A stretch of 64,000 nt of DNA from Octopus vulgaris (Eukaryota), in NCBI GenBank assembly GCA_951406725.2, contig OX597819.1:57412001-57476000 (forward strand), given 5' to 3'. The notes below the pieces were generated by a model. It searched no databases and had not been told where the DNA came from. It saw nothing but the letters and a program-made list of their open reading frames with translations. Position 1 is the first letter of the stretch. Every line of letters starts with the position of its first letter. Positions 1 through 12,309 of this stretch are shown here, one piece after another. The position numbers and the translations under genes are program-made.

Positions 1-2304
1 AGAGAACAGATAAGCATGTTAGTCAGAAACTTAATTCAGAAACAAACGCTGTATAGTCACACCCAGAGATAAAATAGAATTAATACAAAATATGAACATA
101 ATAAAAAATACACTCTTCATCAACAAACTTGTAAAGAAACAACATATTACCATTATAATTTAATAATTTCTTTGCAAATATGAAGCTTTGTTATAATTTG
201 TATTAATTCTGTTAGATTAGTCTTACAACTGGAATGCTTTCCGACCATTCCGTCAAGCATTTCGAAGAAGATAGTACTGTACATTGTATAACACAATAGA
301 AATCTAAACTTGATTGTAAAAGAAAAGAAAGAAAAAATTAGAAGATTTTGGAAATTAGAAAAATTAGATTTTAGAATACTTAAAAACAGTTGATTAATCA
401 TTAACATATGAATAGCAAAATACTCCACAAAATTTGACAGAAAATAGCGCATATTTTGTGGGTTCTTTTAGAAAAAATCTCAAGTTAAAGATAAACAATC
501 ACCAAATTCTTGTACTAAATCATCATTAACGCAACAATATTCCAATAGTTTCTGTATTTGGTGATGTATAGTATCATATACACAAAAATTCGAATTGAAT
601 AGAAATTTACCCTATAGTTGAAGATGGAAAATAAAAACTTAGCATCAAATTTTTAGTACCTCTTACAGAAAAGGGACATAAATTAAGTTCTGGAGACACT
701 TCTGTTTTATTACTTTAATTTTTTTTTTGTCAGAGTGGTAACATCTACAAATAGGTTTCTATCGTAGGAAAAATCATCAAAATCATGGTTAACTCGGACA
801 TTTCAGTCTAATTGATATATTTAGTTAGCATCGGCATTGTTACAAACAATTTTGGCAGTAACAATTGGTACTACTGACTGGAATACACGAACATGAAAAA
901 TAAATGACGTGGATTTAGTTAGTTACTATCATCCTGTTTTTATTTACAAATCGCGCAGACAAATGTCTATAGAAGGTAAATGATGACACAGATAGCAATT
1001 TATGTAGAATCTCACACTCAAACAGCTCCAACTGACTAAGATTGCGGCATACTTTCGCACAAGAGTAGCATAAATTTGAGACAAACAATGCATATGTGTG
1101 TGTAAGAATGGGCGTGCGTGTATAGGTGCAAAAATGCAAAGATGAGGTTCAATATAAATCAAATTGCACCTCACCACTATGCTAATTGAATGAAAATACA
1201 AAACGCATTAGAGTGAAAAGAAAGCTTTTTGATCAATGGCTCCATTATATATGGGAACAAATGCGATGGATTCTTGCATATGCAATATATAGAGTTAAAA
1301 CACTTTAAATAACTGGCATTAATCTCAATTAGCAGAAAAATTCTCTCTCAGTATGCTTAAAATCTGAAAGCAATGAGGAAGAGAGCTTGCCAAATAAAAT
1401 ACATTCATGAGCAGTTTTGGAAAATATAACTAAAGATGTGATGGAAGTAATCTGTGCTGGCTAAAGCAATTCAAGGTTTATTGTTGGATTATGGAAAGAC
1501 CAGCGAAGGTTCCACGCTAATGTGCCTGGTTACAATCAATCGCAGTCTAAAAGCATTTAAAATATTAGTATTTGGTTCACGATTCATAGAAAATTATTGG
1601 AACGTCAATGTACTTGGTATGTTCGATTGGATCTTAAGAAGTGCCTTTTGCAGTAATAGTTTGAACTCAAGAACAAATTTAATTGTATTCCAGATAAGTA
1701 TTTGTCTTGTAGACATAGGCGTTCTCGATTTTCGAATTGGTTTGTAAAAAAATTCCTATATCAAAATATTTTTATAATATACTCCAAGAATTACTTTAAC
1801 AAAAACAGAATTACATAAAAGAACAAATGGAAGAGTGAACTGTCTTGTATAAGGTGTTGCTTACAAATTCAAAGTTGAATATAAAGAAACACGACGTTTC
1901 GATATTCCCACCAGCAACGAATTAGCGGACTCTGTCGCTTTAAGTATCATTCGCATGCCACAAAAAAGACCTAGACATATGCATTTCCCAAATGTCATAT
2001 GCATAGTATTTCAAAACATATTCATGCATTAGATTATTTAAGGAGCAGCGGGATAAGCTTACCGGTTGAAACAGTGGAAATGTTGAAGTCGGAGAACTAG
2101 CAATTTAAATATTCCGTGTATAATGTGTGAAAGTATACAGAATGTTTCTGTATTAAGTTCTGTAATTTCTCGCTCCTTGACGAATCAACTTAAATTATAC
2201 ATACAAACACATACACACAAGCGCATATATATGTATAAGTGTGTATATATATGCATATGCATATATATATATATATATGTATATATCTATATATGTATAC
2301 CTAT

Positions 2305-2432
<128 letters not shown>

Positions 2433-2685
2433 GGTAAAAGTCAAGATAGAAAATGCTTAAATAATTTTATAAAAGACATTTCAGTACTGATTTCAGTCAT
2501 CGAGACTTTTTCAACTGTAAGTATGGAAAACAATTAAATTTTGGGAACATTAAATGAAAAGTATTTTAAAAGAATATTTGCATAGTACAAGTGGCATTTG
2601 CAAGTGTCATTTTCCTTGTTTCTGCCTGTCTCTGTCTCTCTTGTTTAATTTTGTGGGTTCGAGGTCGTTGTGAATTCTAGGTAGG

Positions 2686-3008
2686 GAAGAGGAAGAAGAA
2701 GAAGAAGAAGAAGAAGAAGAAGAAGAAGAAGAAGAAGAAGAAGAAGAAGAAGGAAGAAGGAAGAAGAAGAAGAAGAAGAAGAAGAAGGAAGAAGGAAGAA
2801 GAAGAAGAAGAAGAAAGAAGAAGAAGAAGAAGAAGAAGAAGAAGAAGAAGAAGGAAGAAGAAGAAGAAGAAGAAGAAGAAGAAGAAAGAAGAAGAAGAAG
2901 GAAGAAGAAGAAGAAGGAAGAAGAAGAAGAAGAAGAAGAAGGAAGAAGAAGAAGAAGAAGAAGAAGAAGAAGAAGAAGAAGAAGAAGAAGAAGAAGAAGA
3001 AGAAGAAA
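2686..3008. repeat. (GAA)n microsatellite, about 320 bp
   Basis: Near-pure GAA run with occasional GGAA/AAAG interruptions. Confidence 0.97.
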
Positions 3009-3009
3009 A

Positions 3010-3830
3010 GATCAAATTTTGACATAAATTCATCAAATTTCTTTCACAATTTTTTCAAAATTAACATCAAATTCTATTGAAATTTTCTGAAAACTCTCAC
3101 AATTTCTTTGAAAAGTTTTTGAAAATGATCCTCAAATTAATTTGAAAAGTTTTCCAAAATTTACATCAAATTCCCTTGAAAAGATTTTTAAAATTTTCAT
3201 CGAAATCGTTTCAAAAATTATTGAAAACTTATATCAAATTCCTTTGAAACGTTTCTCAAAAATTTCACCAATATCATTGAAAACTGTTTCAAAATTTGCA
3301 TCAAATTCCTTTGAAATGTGTTTCGAAATTTTCACAAAAGTCTTTGAAAGGTTTTTCAAATTTTTTATCAAATTCCTTTGAAAAGTTTTTCGAGATTTTC
3401 AACCTTTGAAACGTTTTTCAAAATTGTCACCAAAATCTTTGAAATGTTTTTCAAAACTTTCAGCAAATTCCTTTGAAAAATTTCCAAAATTTTCATGAAA
3501 TTCCTTTGAAAAGTTTTTTAAATTTTCATGAAATTCCTTTAAAAGATTTTTTGAAATTTTCAGCACAATCTTCGTAAACTTTTTCAAAATTTTCATCAAA
3601 TTCGTTTGAAAAGTTTTACACAATTTTCGTCGAATTCCTTTCAAAAGTGTTCACAAAAGTTTCATAAAATTCCTTTGAATTTTTTAAAAAATTTTCATCA
3701 AAATTTAATGAAAAGTTTTTCAAAATTTTCATGAAATTCCTTAGAAAATTTTTTCAAAATTTTCATCAAAATCCTTTGAAAAGTTTTTCAAAATTTTCAT
3801 GAAATTCCTTTGAGTAGTTTATCAAATTTT
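3010..3830. repeat. Minisatellite with a ~34-bp unit (AAATTCCTTTGAAAAGTTTTTCAAAATTTTCATS)
   Basis: Period of 34 measured between copies at 3710, 3744 and 3778; more than 20 degenerate copies. Confidence 0.9.
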
Positions 3831-4029
3831 CCGTGGTTTGTGGAAATTATGCCAGCAATGTCTCATTTTAAACATCGGGCATTCCTTCGATATAGCTTAC
3901 TTGTTTCATGTGTATATATAAAATCCGCAAATTTCCAAGCAGAAAACAGAATCGAATAGCCATTTGCTTCCACGGAAATACCCGGTGAAATGTTTTGATT
4001 TTGTCGAGTCATATCAAAAAAATGCCATC

Positions 4030-4302
4030 GGGCATTCCTTCGATATAACTCGGCAAGATCGAGACATTTCACTTCGGGTATTTCCGTGGGTTGTGGAGTA
4101 TAGATATAGCGAAATTATGCCAGCAATGTCTCATTTTAAACTTGAAGAAAAAAAGCCTTGCATGTTTGTACTTACCTGTTTCAGGTGTGTATGTAATATC
4201 CGCAAATTCCCAGGCAGAAAACAGAATCGAATTGTCATTTGCTTCCACGGAAATACCCGAAGTGAAGTGTTTTGATTTTGTCGAGTTATATCGATAGAAT
4301 CC
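4030..4302. mobile_element. MITE-like element with ~58-bp terminal inverted repeats; a partial tandem copy lies at ~3829-4027
   Basis: GGGCATTCCTTCGATATAACTCGGCAAGATCGAGACATTTCACTTCGGGTATTTCCGTGG at the left is near reverse-complementary to CCACGGAAATACCCGAAGTGAAGTGTTTTGATTTTGTCGAGTTATATCGATAGAATCCC at the right. The internal sequence is repeated upstream. Confidence 0.75.
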
Positions 4303-4308
4303 CATACC

Positions 4309-4565
4309 TTAATAGTTATCGTCAAGCTAACATGGCAGTCCAGGAAAATAGGACGAATGCTGCCGTTGATTTGCTCCAAGAGGCCATTGCCTCTAGGTAG
4401 CTTTATGACTCACAAATGTGTGTACATTACGACCTTCGAGGGTTATAATGGACACAGGTTTGTGTATCACATAGCTAGCTAGATGCCATGGTCTCCTGGA
4501 TCTAATCAACGACAGCATTCATCCTATTTTCCTGACTCCCATGTTAGCTTGACGATAACTATTAA
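4309..4565. mobile_element. Fold-back (hairpin) MITE-like element
   Basis: TTAATAGTTATCGTCAAGCTAACATGG ... CCATGTTAGCTTGACGATAACTATTAA; pairing continues inward to a centre near 4437. Confidence 0.8.
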
Positions 4566-4625
4566 TAACCAGTATCGCTGCCGCAGTCTCCCCCACTCTC
4601 TCTCTCTCTCTCTCCCTCTCTCTCG

Positions 4626-4675
<50 letters not shown>

Positions 4676-5529
4676 GTTGATACATACATGCATACATATG
4701 TGTGTGTGTTTGCATATGTCTGAGTGTATGTAGAACCTGATTCAAGAATTCTCGTTTGTTGCATTTGTGAGAAATCAACATGAGTCCATAGTTGTGCTTG
4801 AATTCTCATTAACTGAAAGAATTATTGTGCTACGAATGATACATTCCAACATTTATAGCTATATTTATCCTTGGATTCAAATGAGATTTAATACATCGGC
4901 TGTATAATTTGTGCCAAAGATTATTTCTACTGTACTTCTGAATGTTTTTTTAGATACAAGTAGACTTGTATCTTATATCTTTCATTCCTGCTTTCAATCA
5001 AAGCTTGCTAATTAGTAAGCGACATATTTCTATATTTCACACATATACACCCTTTCTCCCTCTCTTGCTGTATTTGTCTCTCAAAAACATCTTGGGCTAG
5101 TTGTAGATGACAATTCAAATATATATACAACACAAGACAGAACGTAAATTTTATACCAGCGCACTTTTAAAAATCATCGCTATATCTGCTCATACACATT
5201 GTTTATTTCAACAGTATAACTGTTAAGGTTGTGAGCCAATGTAGCCTTATTGAAATTAGTTTACTTGCTGCCCCCTCTCTCTCTCTCTCACTCTCTCTTT
5301 CTTTCTTATTATTATAGTATAGATTACTGTATCTAGTCGTAATACAAACTAAACTTTCAAAACCGTGATTATTTTTAATCTCTGTTCAAACTCCCATTGA
5401 TGTTATGCGCATATTAGACGTAATGAAGACATTTTGTAGGTTTTTGGTGGGTAAAAAGTGCGTCAAGTAGCTATATCCGATATTTTGTTGAGTGTTGTGT
5501 TCTTCGCAGCGTGTTATTAAATTCTTAGG

Positions 5530-6332
5530 ATGCCACCTAAACGTCCTACACCATCTAAGGCTTCTGGCAGTGAACCTAAGCGCCAAAAACAGGCTATGAC
5601 GCTCAATGAGAAGGTACAACTGTTGGACATGTTCCGGGAAGGTAAAAGTTATGCAGCAGTAGGTCGCTATTATATTGTTAATGAACGCACCTACGCTACA
5701 TAAATAAGAACGAGATGGCAATCAGGACTACCGTAACATTAAGTTTCTGTGATTGTGTCAAAAAGATAACGATATTGAGATATAAGCACTGAGTCAGGAT
5801 GGAATCTACTTTGGCATTGTGGATAAGTGACTGCAAAACGAAAACCATCCCCTTGAGTTGTAACATCATCAGCGAGAAAGCGCGATTTTACACCAGCAGT
5901 TCTACAGAGGAAAAGGAGCAGAAGGCACCGAAGAACTGCATAAAAGATCCTTGACAGCACCGGAGCCCGAAAAGTTTCAAACCAGCAAGGAATGGTTTGA
6001 CCGTTTTCATAAACACTTTAAAATAAATTTTTGCTTCCCTGCATAGAGAGATAGCATCAGCCAACAAAGTCGCCGAGAGGTAGCTCGACACCTTCAGGCA
6101 GGTGATCGGGGACAAGGATACAAACAGGAACAAGCGTTCAGTATGAATGAGACTGGCATGTTCTGAAAGAAGATAGATACTTTCCAGAACGTACAACTTG
6201 ATGGACAAAGCCAGAGCCCCAGAATTTAATGAACAGAAAGACAGAATGATGCTAAATACACGTGGCAATGCCGCTGGCTTCATAATGAAACCAGGACTTG
6301 TGTACAAGTTCGCGAATCCGAGAGCCTTCAAA
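5530..6332 (+). pseudogene. Decayed Tigger/pogo (CENP-B-type HTH + DDE) DNA transposase, 3'-truncated
   Basis: Pieces across frames: MPPKRPTPSKASGSEPKRQKQAMTLNEKVQLLDMFREGKSYAAVGR (HTH), RMESTLALWISDC, SKEWFDRF, LHREIASAN, GYKQEQAFSMNETGMF*KK, APEFNEQKDRMML...GNAAGFIMKPGLVYKFANPRAFK. Multiple stops and frameshifts. Confidence 0.88.
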
Positions 6333-7632
6333 ATTCCACAGACTCCAGTATATATTCCACAGAATCCAGTATATATACCATACAATCCAGAATGGATAGT
6401 TGATCTTTATTTATTTATCCATGGTACATGCTTTGTTCGAGAAATTTTGCTCACCGGGCATTTCATTCCTAATGTATCTTCCCCAAGGCTTTCAGTGTCT
6501 CACTAATCTTTCTTCAAGTTTAAGATTACTCGGATTCCTTTCCTCATGAGTACGTAATCAACCAGGTTGTAAACTACATAGAAGTGATCTATCATTGATC
6601 CAAAGTCTGTTTGTATATCTTTTGAACCAAGGCTGATATGATCAAATAAATCTATGAGGAAGGATGTTCCAAACGAATGGAAATATAAATGTGCGTGTGT
6701 GTATGTATATGTCCACCTGTGTGTGCACGCGTGTGTGTGCATGTATGCCTTTGCATATGTACACGCGCGCATGTGTGTTCGGCTTCTGGTATACATATGT
6801 TTGCACGTCTTAAAAATATGTCTGAAATATGTTGCAAATTCAAATTTTTGCTTTTTTTTTATGATTAATTTACCTAAGATTTTTTTTCTTATATAAATAT
6901 TATATATGAAATGCTAATATAATGATTCTAAATCATTCTATATCAATCAGTGTTACTACAAAAAATTTTTTTAAAAAGATGGATTTTGAAACAATGATGT
7001 GATGAGGGATCATGGGACATTATAATTTCTATGATTTGCATTTGAAAATCTGAAATAAAAAATCAGAAATATAATTGAATAAGAACTCGATCGTATTTGC
7101 AATATGTAATTGAAACGAATGACGTTTCTAACACCCACGCACACATCATGCATGCAGAAACACCCACCCCCACAAGTACTACCACCACCACCACCATGAA
7201 CAGTTTTGTGTGCATATCCCCCGTCTCTCTCTATCTATCTATCCCCTCTCTCTATCCCTCGTCTCTCTATCCCCCCTCTCTCTTCCTCCTCTCTCTCTCA
7301 GATATTTCTCATTTGCCTTTCCTCATTCTTCATTGACGGTTTTACTGCTTCCATTTATAGTCTCTCCCTACCTTTTTCTCCTCTCTCTCCCTCTTTCTCA
7401 CTTCCCATCCCTTCCCCCTCTCTCTCTGTGACCTTTATTTTCTTTTATTTTTCCATATTTCATTGTCATTTCTTCTCTCTAAAGCTGCAACTAAAATATC
7501 ATCAACCATTCTATGTCCCGCTCTGTTTCTATTTCTTCTTCAATTGTGATGCTTTTGATTACTTTCCTATTCGCTACCTTAACCTTATTGACTTCCTTTA
7601 CTCTCACTCTCTCTCCTATTATTGGTTTCAAA

Positions 7633-7833
7633 TATTGGCACAATGCCAGCAGTTTTCGGGAGAAGTTAGTCTTCTCATCGATCCCAGTGTTCAACAGGTA
7701 CTTATCTTATCAACGCCAAAAGGGATGAAAGACAAAGTCGACCTCGGCAGAATTTGAACTCAGAAAGTAAAGACCGACGACATGCCGCTAAGAATTTTGC
7801 CTGACGTGCTAACGATTCTGCCAGCTCGTCGCC
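7633..7833 (-). mobile_element. tRNA-derived SINE, family A (head GGCGRCGAGCTGGCAG; core GTCGACTTTGCCTTTCATCCTTTCGGGGTCGAT)
   Basis: Reverse complement matches the copies at 15516, 48461 and 53050; B-box-like GAGTTCAAATTC is present. Confidence 0.85.
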
Positions 7834-9850
7834 CCTATAAGTGCAATTTTTAGGTAAATGAATGATGTAACGCATTTGTAAATGTGAGCAATCTTTGTCG
7901 AATGTAACATCAAGAAATTATAGAAATGTAAACAATGATGAAGTGTCAGAGAATGAGAAACTGAAAGAATGGGAGATAGAAAGATTGGGGAATAGAAAAT
8001 ATGGGAAATAGAAAGAGTTGGAGATTAAAAAATTGGGAAAGATAAAGAGACGATCCATTCAAGGAACAGCCATTTCTGAAGTTTCAAGTATGCATTGATG
8101 CCTATATCCTTCTTGGAGATATATATTGTCACTGATATCAACAAGGTTCCCTCTGGGAAAATGTACGCCATTTCAATATACTTAAATGTAATGATGTTTC
8201 TGTTATACATGGGTGGAGGGCCAGATGACAAGATAAACAAAATACTCAAGTGCAAAATCTACACGGTCCACTATATGAATGAGACACATGCCCTATGATG
8301 TGCGACAATATTCTCTCCTTTCTATCTCAATGTCTTACTTTCGAATACCATAAGCAGCATTAGATTTTCAAATCTGTCTCGTATATTGTCTTATCTGTCT
8401 AACCTTTCATAATTGAAGACAATAAATTCAGTCAGTTTCATTGAAGCAAACCAATTTACCACCAGTATACAATTGACAATGCTCTTAATATACAACCTGA
8501 GAGACTGTAGTACATTAGAACTCATTAAAAAAAGCGCTGATATAAGACATTTATATACACTTAGAAAAGGCTATCAATAATTACTTCGTTAAAGGCCAAT
8601 TGTGTATTTTTCTTTCAAGTTTTAGCGTTAACTCTCTAAACCTGCATGACTGAGAAGAAATTATTCTGAGATACATTCACCGTTTTGTCTGACAATAATT
8701 TCTCAATACTTTCACTTGTAACGACAAATATAAAAACAAACAAGAAGTGATTCTCCTAGGAGGACGTGAATTCATAGCTATAGTATCATACCAAGGGAGA
8801 AGTACGATGGATTTGTGGGCTAAATGCTGTTCAGTTGAGTTGTCTAATCTAAACCATAGAATAGCAAGAAGGCTGGCACATGTATAATTACATTGATTTT
8901 GATATATCAGCAAAGCTTAAGAAGCCAATTGTTGAAAAATGCGTGCGCGTTTTAATATAGTGAAATCCCAGTTAATTAATAATGATATGTTTGTCACCTC
9001 GACAAAACTTAAACTTACATGGAAGACAAGAAAGTGATGAGATACCAAATATGTTTTTCAGAGTCATTGGCCAATATACTTTAACAAGTAACAATATCTA
9101 TCTGCTACCTAGAGGAATATGATTGGTTGGACGAAACAAAATTGCTATCAGATGTATAGCTCTTTTCCGTCTATTCCTGATCAAGACATTTAAAGCAAAC
9201 ATTAATTTGTAATTTTGCAATTCAATACACTTCATCAAATACGATTGCCAATATGTCCACAAGAGACCTGGTTGTGCATTGTTTGCTCAAATAAATCAAA
9301 TAGCTGCGATGGAGTTATCCAAATATAACAGATGCAATACGTTCGCTTTTCTGCCATTTTGTTTGTGTTTGTTTCTCAATCAAGAAAGACACCTCAGCAT
9401 TCAAAAAATGGCTTTTCACTCAGAAAATCTCTAACAGGTTTATTCCATTCTAGCAAGTGTTGCATAGCAAGCATTTAAACCAAGAAACCTAAAACGCACA
9501 GCTATTTTAAACGGCGCAAATGTGTTCCTGTTGCAAAATCATTCTTGCGCGTCCTCCTCTGTCATTCTGTACATTGCGCAAGAAGCAATGGGCACGGAGG
9601 AAGAAAAGTATCCTATTCAGGGACAAAAATCTGCGATTGAAAAACACTTTATTATGTACCTCAATCAATAGTAAATTATTCTTCCTACGATTTAATCACG
9701 TTGGATAAGCTCCAATATCTCTTCTTCGAAAATGATTGGAGTTTATACAAAATAGAGAACAGCACACTTTAAACTAGGTTTAATGAGAAATGATGCGTAA
9801 TGTAATTCAGTATTGCCAGACGTTTCTATATCTCAAACTACTGAGTGAGT

Positions 9851-10260
9851 TACTCTTTTTACTTGTTTAAGTCATTTGACTGTGGCCATACTGGAGCACC
9901 GCCTTTTAGTCGAGCAAATGGAACCCAGGACTTATTCTTTGTAAGGCTAGTACTTATTATATCGGTTTCTTTTGCCGAACCGCTAAGTTACGAGGACGTA
10001 AACACACCAGCATCGGTTGTCCAGCGATGTTGGGGGGACAAACACAGACGCACAAACATATACATACACACACACACATATATATATATACATATATATA
10101 ACGGGTTTCTTTCAGTTTCCGTCTACCAAATCCACTCAGAAGGCTTTGGTCGGCCCGAGGCTATATTAGAAAACCCTTGCACAAGGTGCCACGCAGTGGG
10201 ACTGAAACCGGAACCATGTGGTTCGTAAGCAAACTACTTACCACACAGCTACTCCTACGT
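9851..10260 (-). mobile_element. tRNA-derived SINE, family B (CORE-like segment, internal (TA)/(CA) microsatellite, LINE-like 3' tail)
   Basis: Head GGAGTRGCTGTGTGGTAAG...GGTTCAGTCCC; CORE-like GGCACCTTGGGCAAG segment; near-identical to the copies at 11883 and 37463. Confidence 0.9.
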
Positions 10261-11139
10261 TATAATTCTTTTTGTTAAGCTGCCAAAACCCTGAAAAACA
10301 TCCAGTTCGCTGCAGCTGTGTTTGAAGTGTTTCTGTCACATATGAGAGATATGGATTGCTTCATCGTGTTTTGTTCTTCAAAAAGACTTCCAGGCCATCG
10401 AACTGTCTTGTTATGATGACATGGGTTATATTTGCACATATATTTATCAGGGCTCATTATCAGTTGATTGTGTGTTCCAACTTCATATTTTGAATTTTTC
10501 ACCAGCAAAAGGTGACACACTCCCGTCTCTCGTGCGGTTACTGATAAATACTCGGCTGTATAGTAAGTTGTACTCTCCTTTCATTTATCTTCAGAAGCTG
10601 TTTTGCCTGCATCTAAGAAAGTAGGAGAGGCAGAAGTAATTTCTTTGCCATCCCAGCAAACGATTTCTCAATGCTGCAGTTACACCCACCACACACTTTG
10701 ATATTATTCTTGTTGTAGTTATTGCTACTGCTGTGGCGGTTGTTGATGCTGTTGTTATTGTTGTTGTTAATACTGCTAGCGGTGATGTTCTGCTGTGAAT
10801 CTTTTTGTTTTTGCCGCTGTTGTTGTTCTCGTGCTTTGCTTTATCATGAAGCTAGTAATAGTATGAGGTTTTGCTGGTACCTTCTCACTCAATCCGACAC
10901 TGGGCACATATGACGCCATAGTTCCAATGTAAACTAAAAAGACAAAAGCAAACAAATATTACAACAATTCTGCCCCTTAGGGCACAATATGCCGGTTGCT
11001 CTCTTTACTTAGTGAAATAGGGACCTAGTTTAAAATTTTATCAAAATTTAATAACAGTAAGCAAATAATTTACAACGAAATCTAATGAAACTTTAGAAGC
11101 TGGTTGACTTACGCCAATACACACGATGATAACATGTTA

Positions 11140-11470
11140 ATTCTTTCTATTATAGGCACAAGGCCTGACATTCGTGGCTGGCTAGTCGATTATATAGACA
11201 CCAGTACTTAACTGGTGCTTATTTTAGCTACCCCGAAATGATGAACGTCAAAGTCGGCCTCGGTGAAATTTGAATAATAGCTTCCCGTAACATAATCAAA
11301 TATTATATGCACAAGTTCTGGAATCTGTAGCGAAGGAGTTAATTGATACCATCAAGTTCAGTACTTATTTTACTGTTCTCGGAAGGATGAAAGGCACTGT
11401 TGTCATCAGACGGATTTGAACTCAGAATGTAAAGACGTGGAAGAAATACTTCCAGTCAATTTGTGCGACG
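11140..11470 (-). mobile_element. Two degenerate family A SINE fragments
   Basis: CCCCGAAATGATGAACGTCAAAGTCGGCCTCGG and GGATGAAAGGC...GGATTTGAACTCAGAATGTAAAG motifs. Confidence 0.6.
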
Positions 11471-11882
11471 CTCGACAAACACCAAATAATGCTACACAAA
11501 TTCACATTTATAGTTCATTAACAAGTTCATCTAATTGACTCAGATTATCTTCAAGTGGTAATTTGGAGAATAATTGCGGATAATTAATAAAGTCTTGAAT
11601 TAATTCATTAGAACTTAAGTTCCAGGGTCCTATATTTCAATTGACAAATATAAATAGGTTTATCTTCAGTAATCGGATTAAATTCATCTTACTCAGCATT
11701 AGACATTCGGGAAGATATTTCCCGATCTAATCAAATCGAAATAACATGCATAGCAGCTTAACCTGCTCAGTATATACAAGTATTGATATTATTGCAGATA
11801 ACAATAAAATGATTATCAATATGCTGAACTGAAAATATCCCTTACTGAATATCTTTACAGAAAACATCCTCTACTGAATATC

Positions 11883-12099
11883 TTATTCTTTTATTTGTTT
11901 CAGTCATTTGACTGCGGCCATGCCGGAGCAGCGCCTTTAGTCGAGGCAATCGACCCCAGAACTTATTCTTTGTAATCCTAGTAGTTATTCTATCGGTCTT
12001 ATTTGCCGAAGCGCTAAGTTACGGGGACACAAACACACCAGCATCGGTTGTCCAGCGATGTTGGGGGGACAAACACAGTCACACAAAACATATACACAC

Positions 12100-12145
<46 letters not shown>

Positions 12146-12309
12146 GAGGGGCTTCTTTCAGTTTCCGTCTACCAAATCCACTCACAGAGCATTGGTCGGC
12201 CCGAGGCTATAGTGGAAGACACTTGCTCAAGGTGCCACGCTGTGGGACTGAACCCAGAACCCCGTGGTTGGTCAGCAAGCTATTTACCACACAGCCACTC
12301 CTGCGCCTA
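11883..12309 (-). mobile_element. tRNA-derived SINE, family B, full length
   Basis: Colinear with 9851-10260 and 37463-37852. Confidence 0.92.

Noticed and set aside
3010-3830. CRISPR-like periodicity (also at 14735-15278)
   Set aside because: Head-to-tail units without unique spacers, no cas genes, eukaryotic context.
10275-10690. Possible hAT-type transposase remnant on the minus strand (FLDA...YTAEYL...NMK fragments)
   Set aside because: Motifs are too short and scattered over frames to support a call; a translated search against a transposase library would decide.
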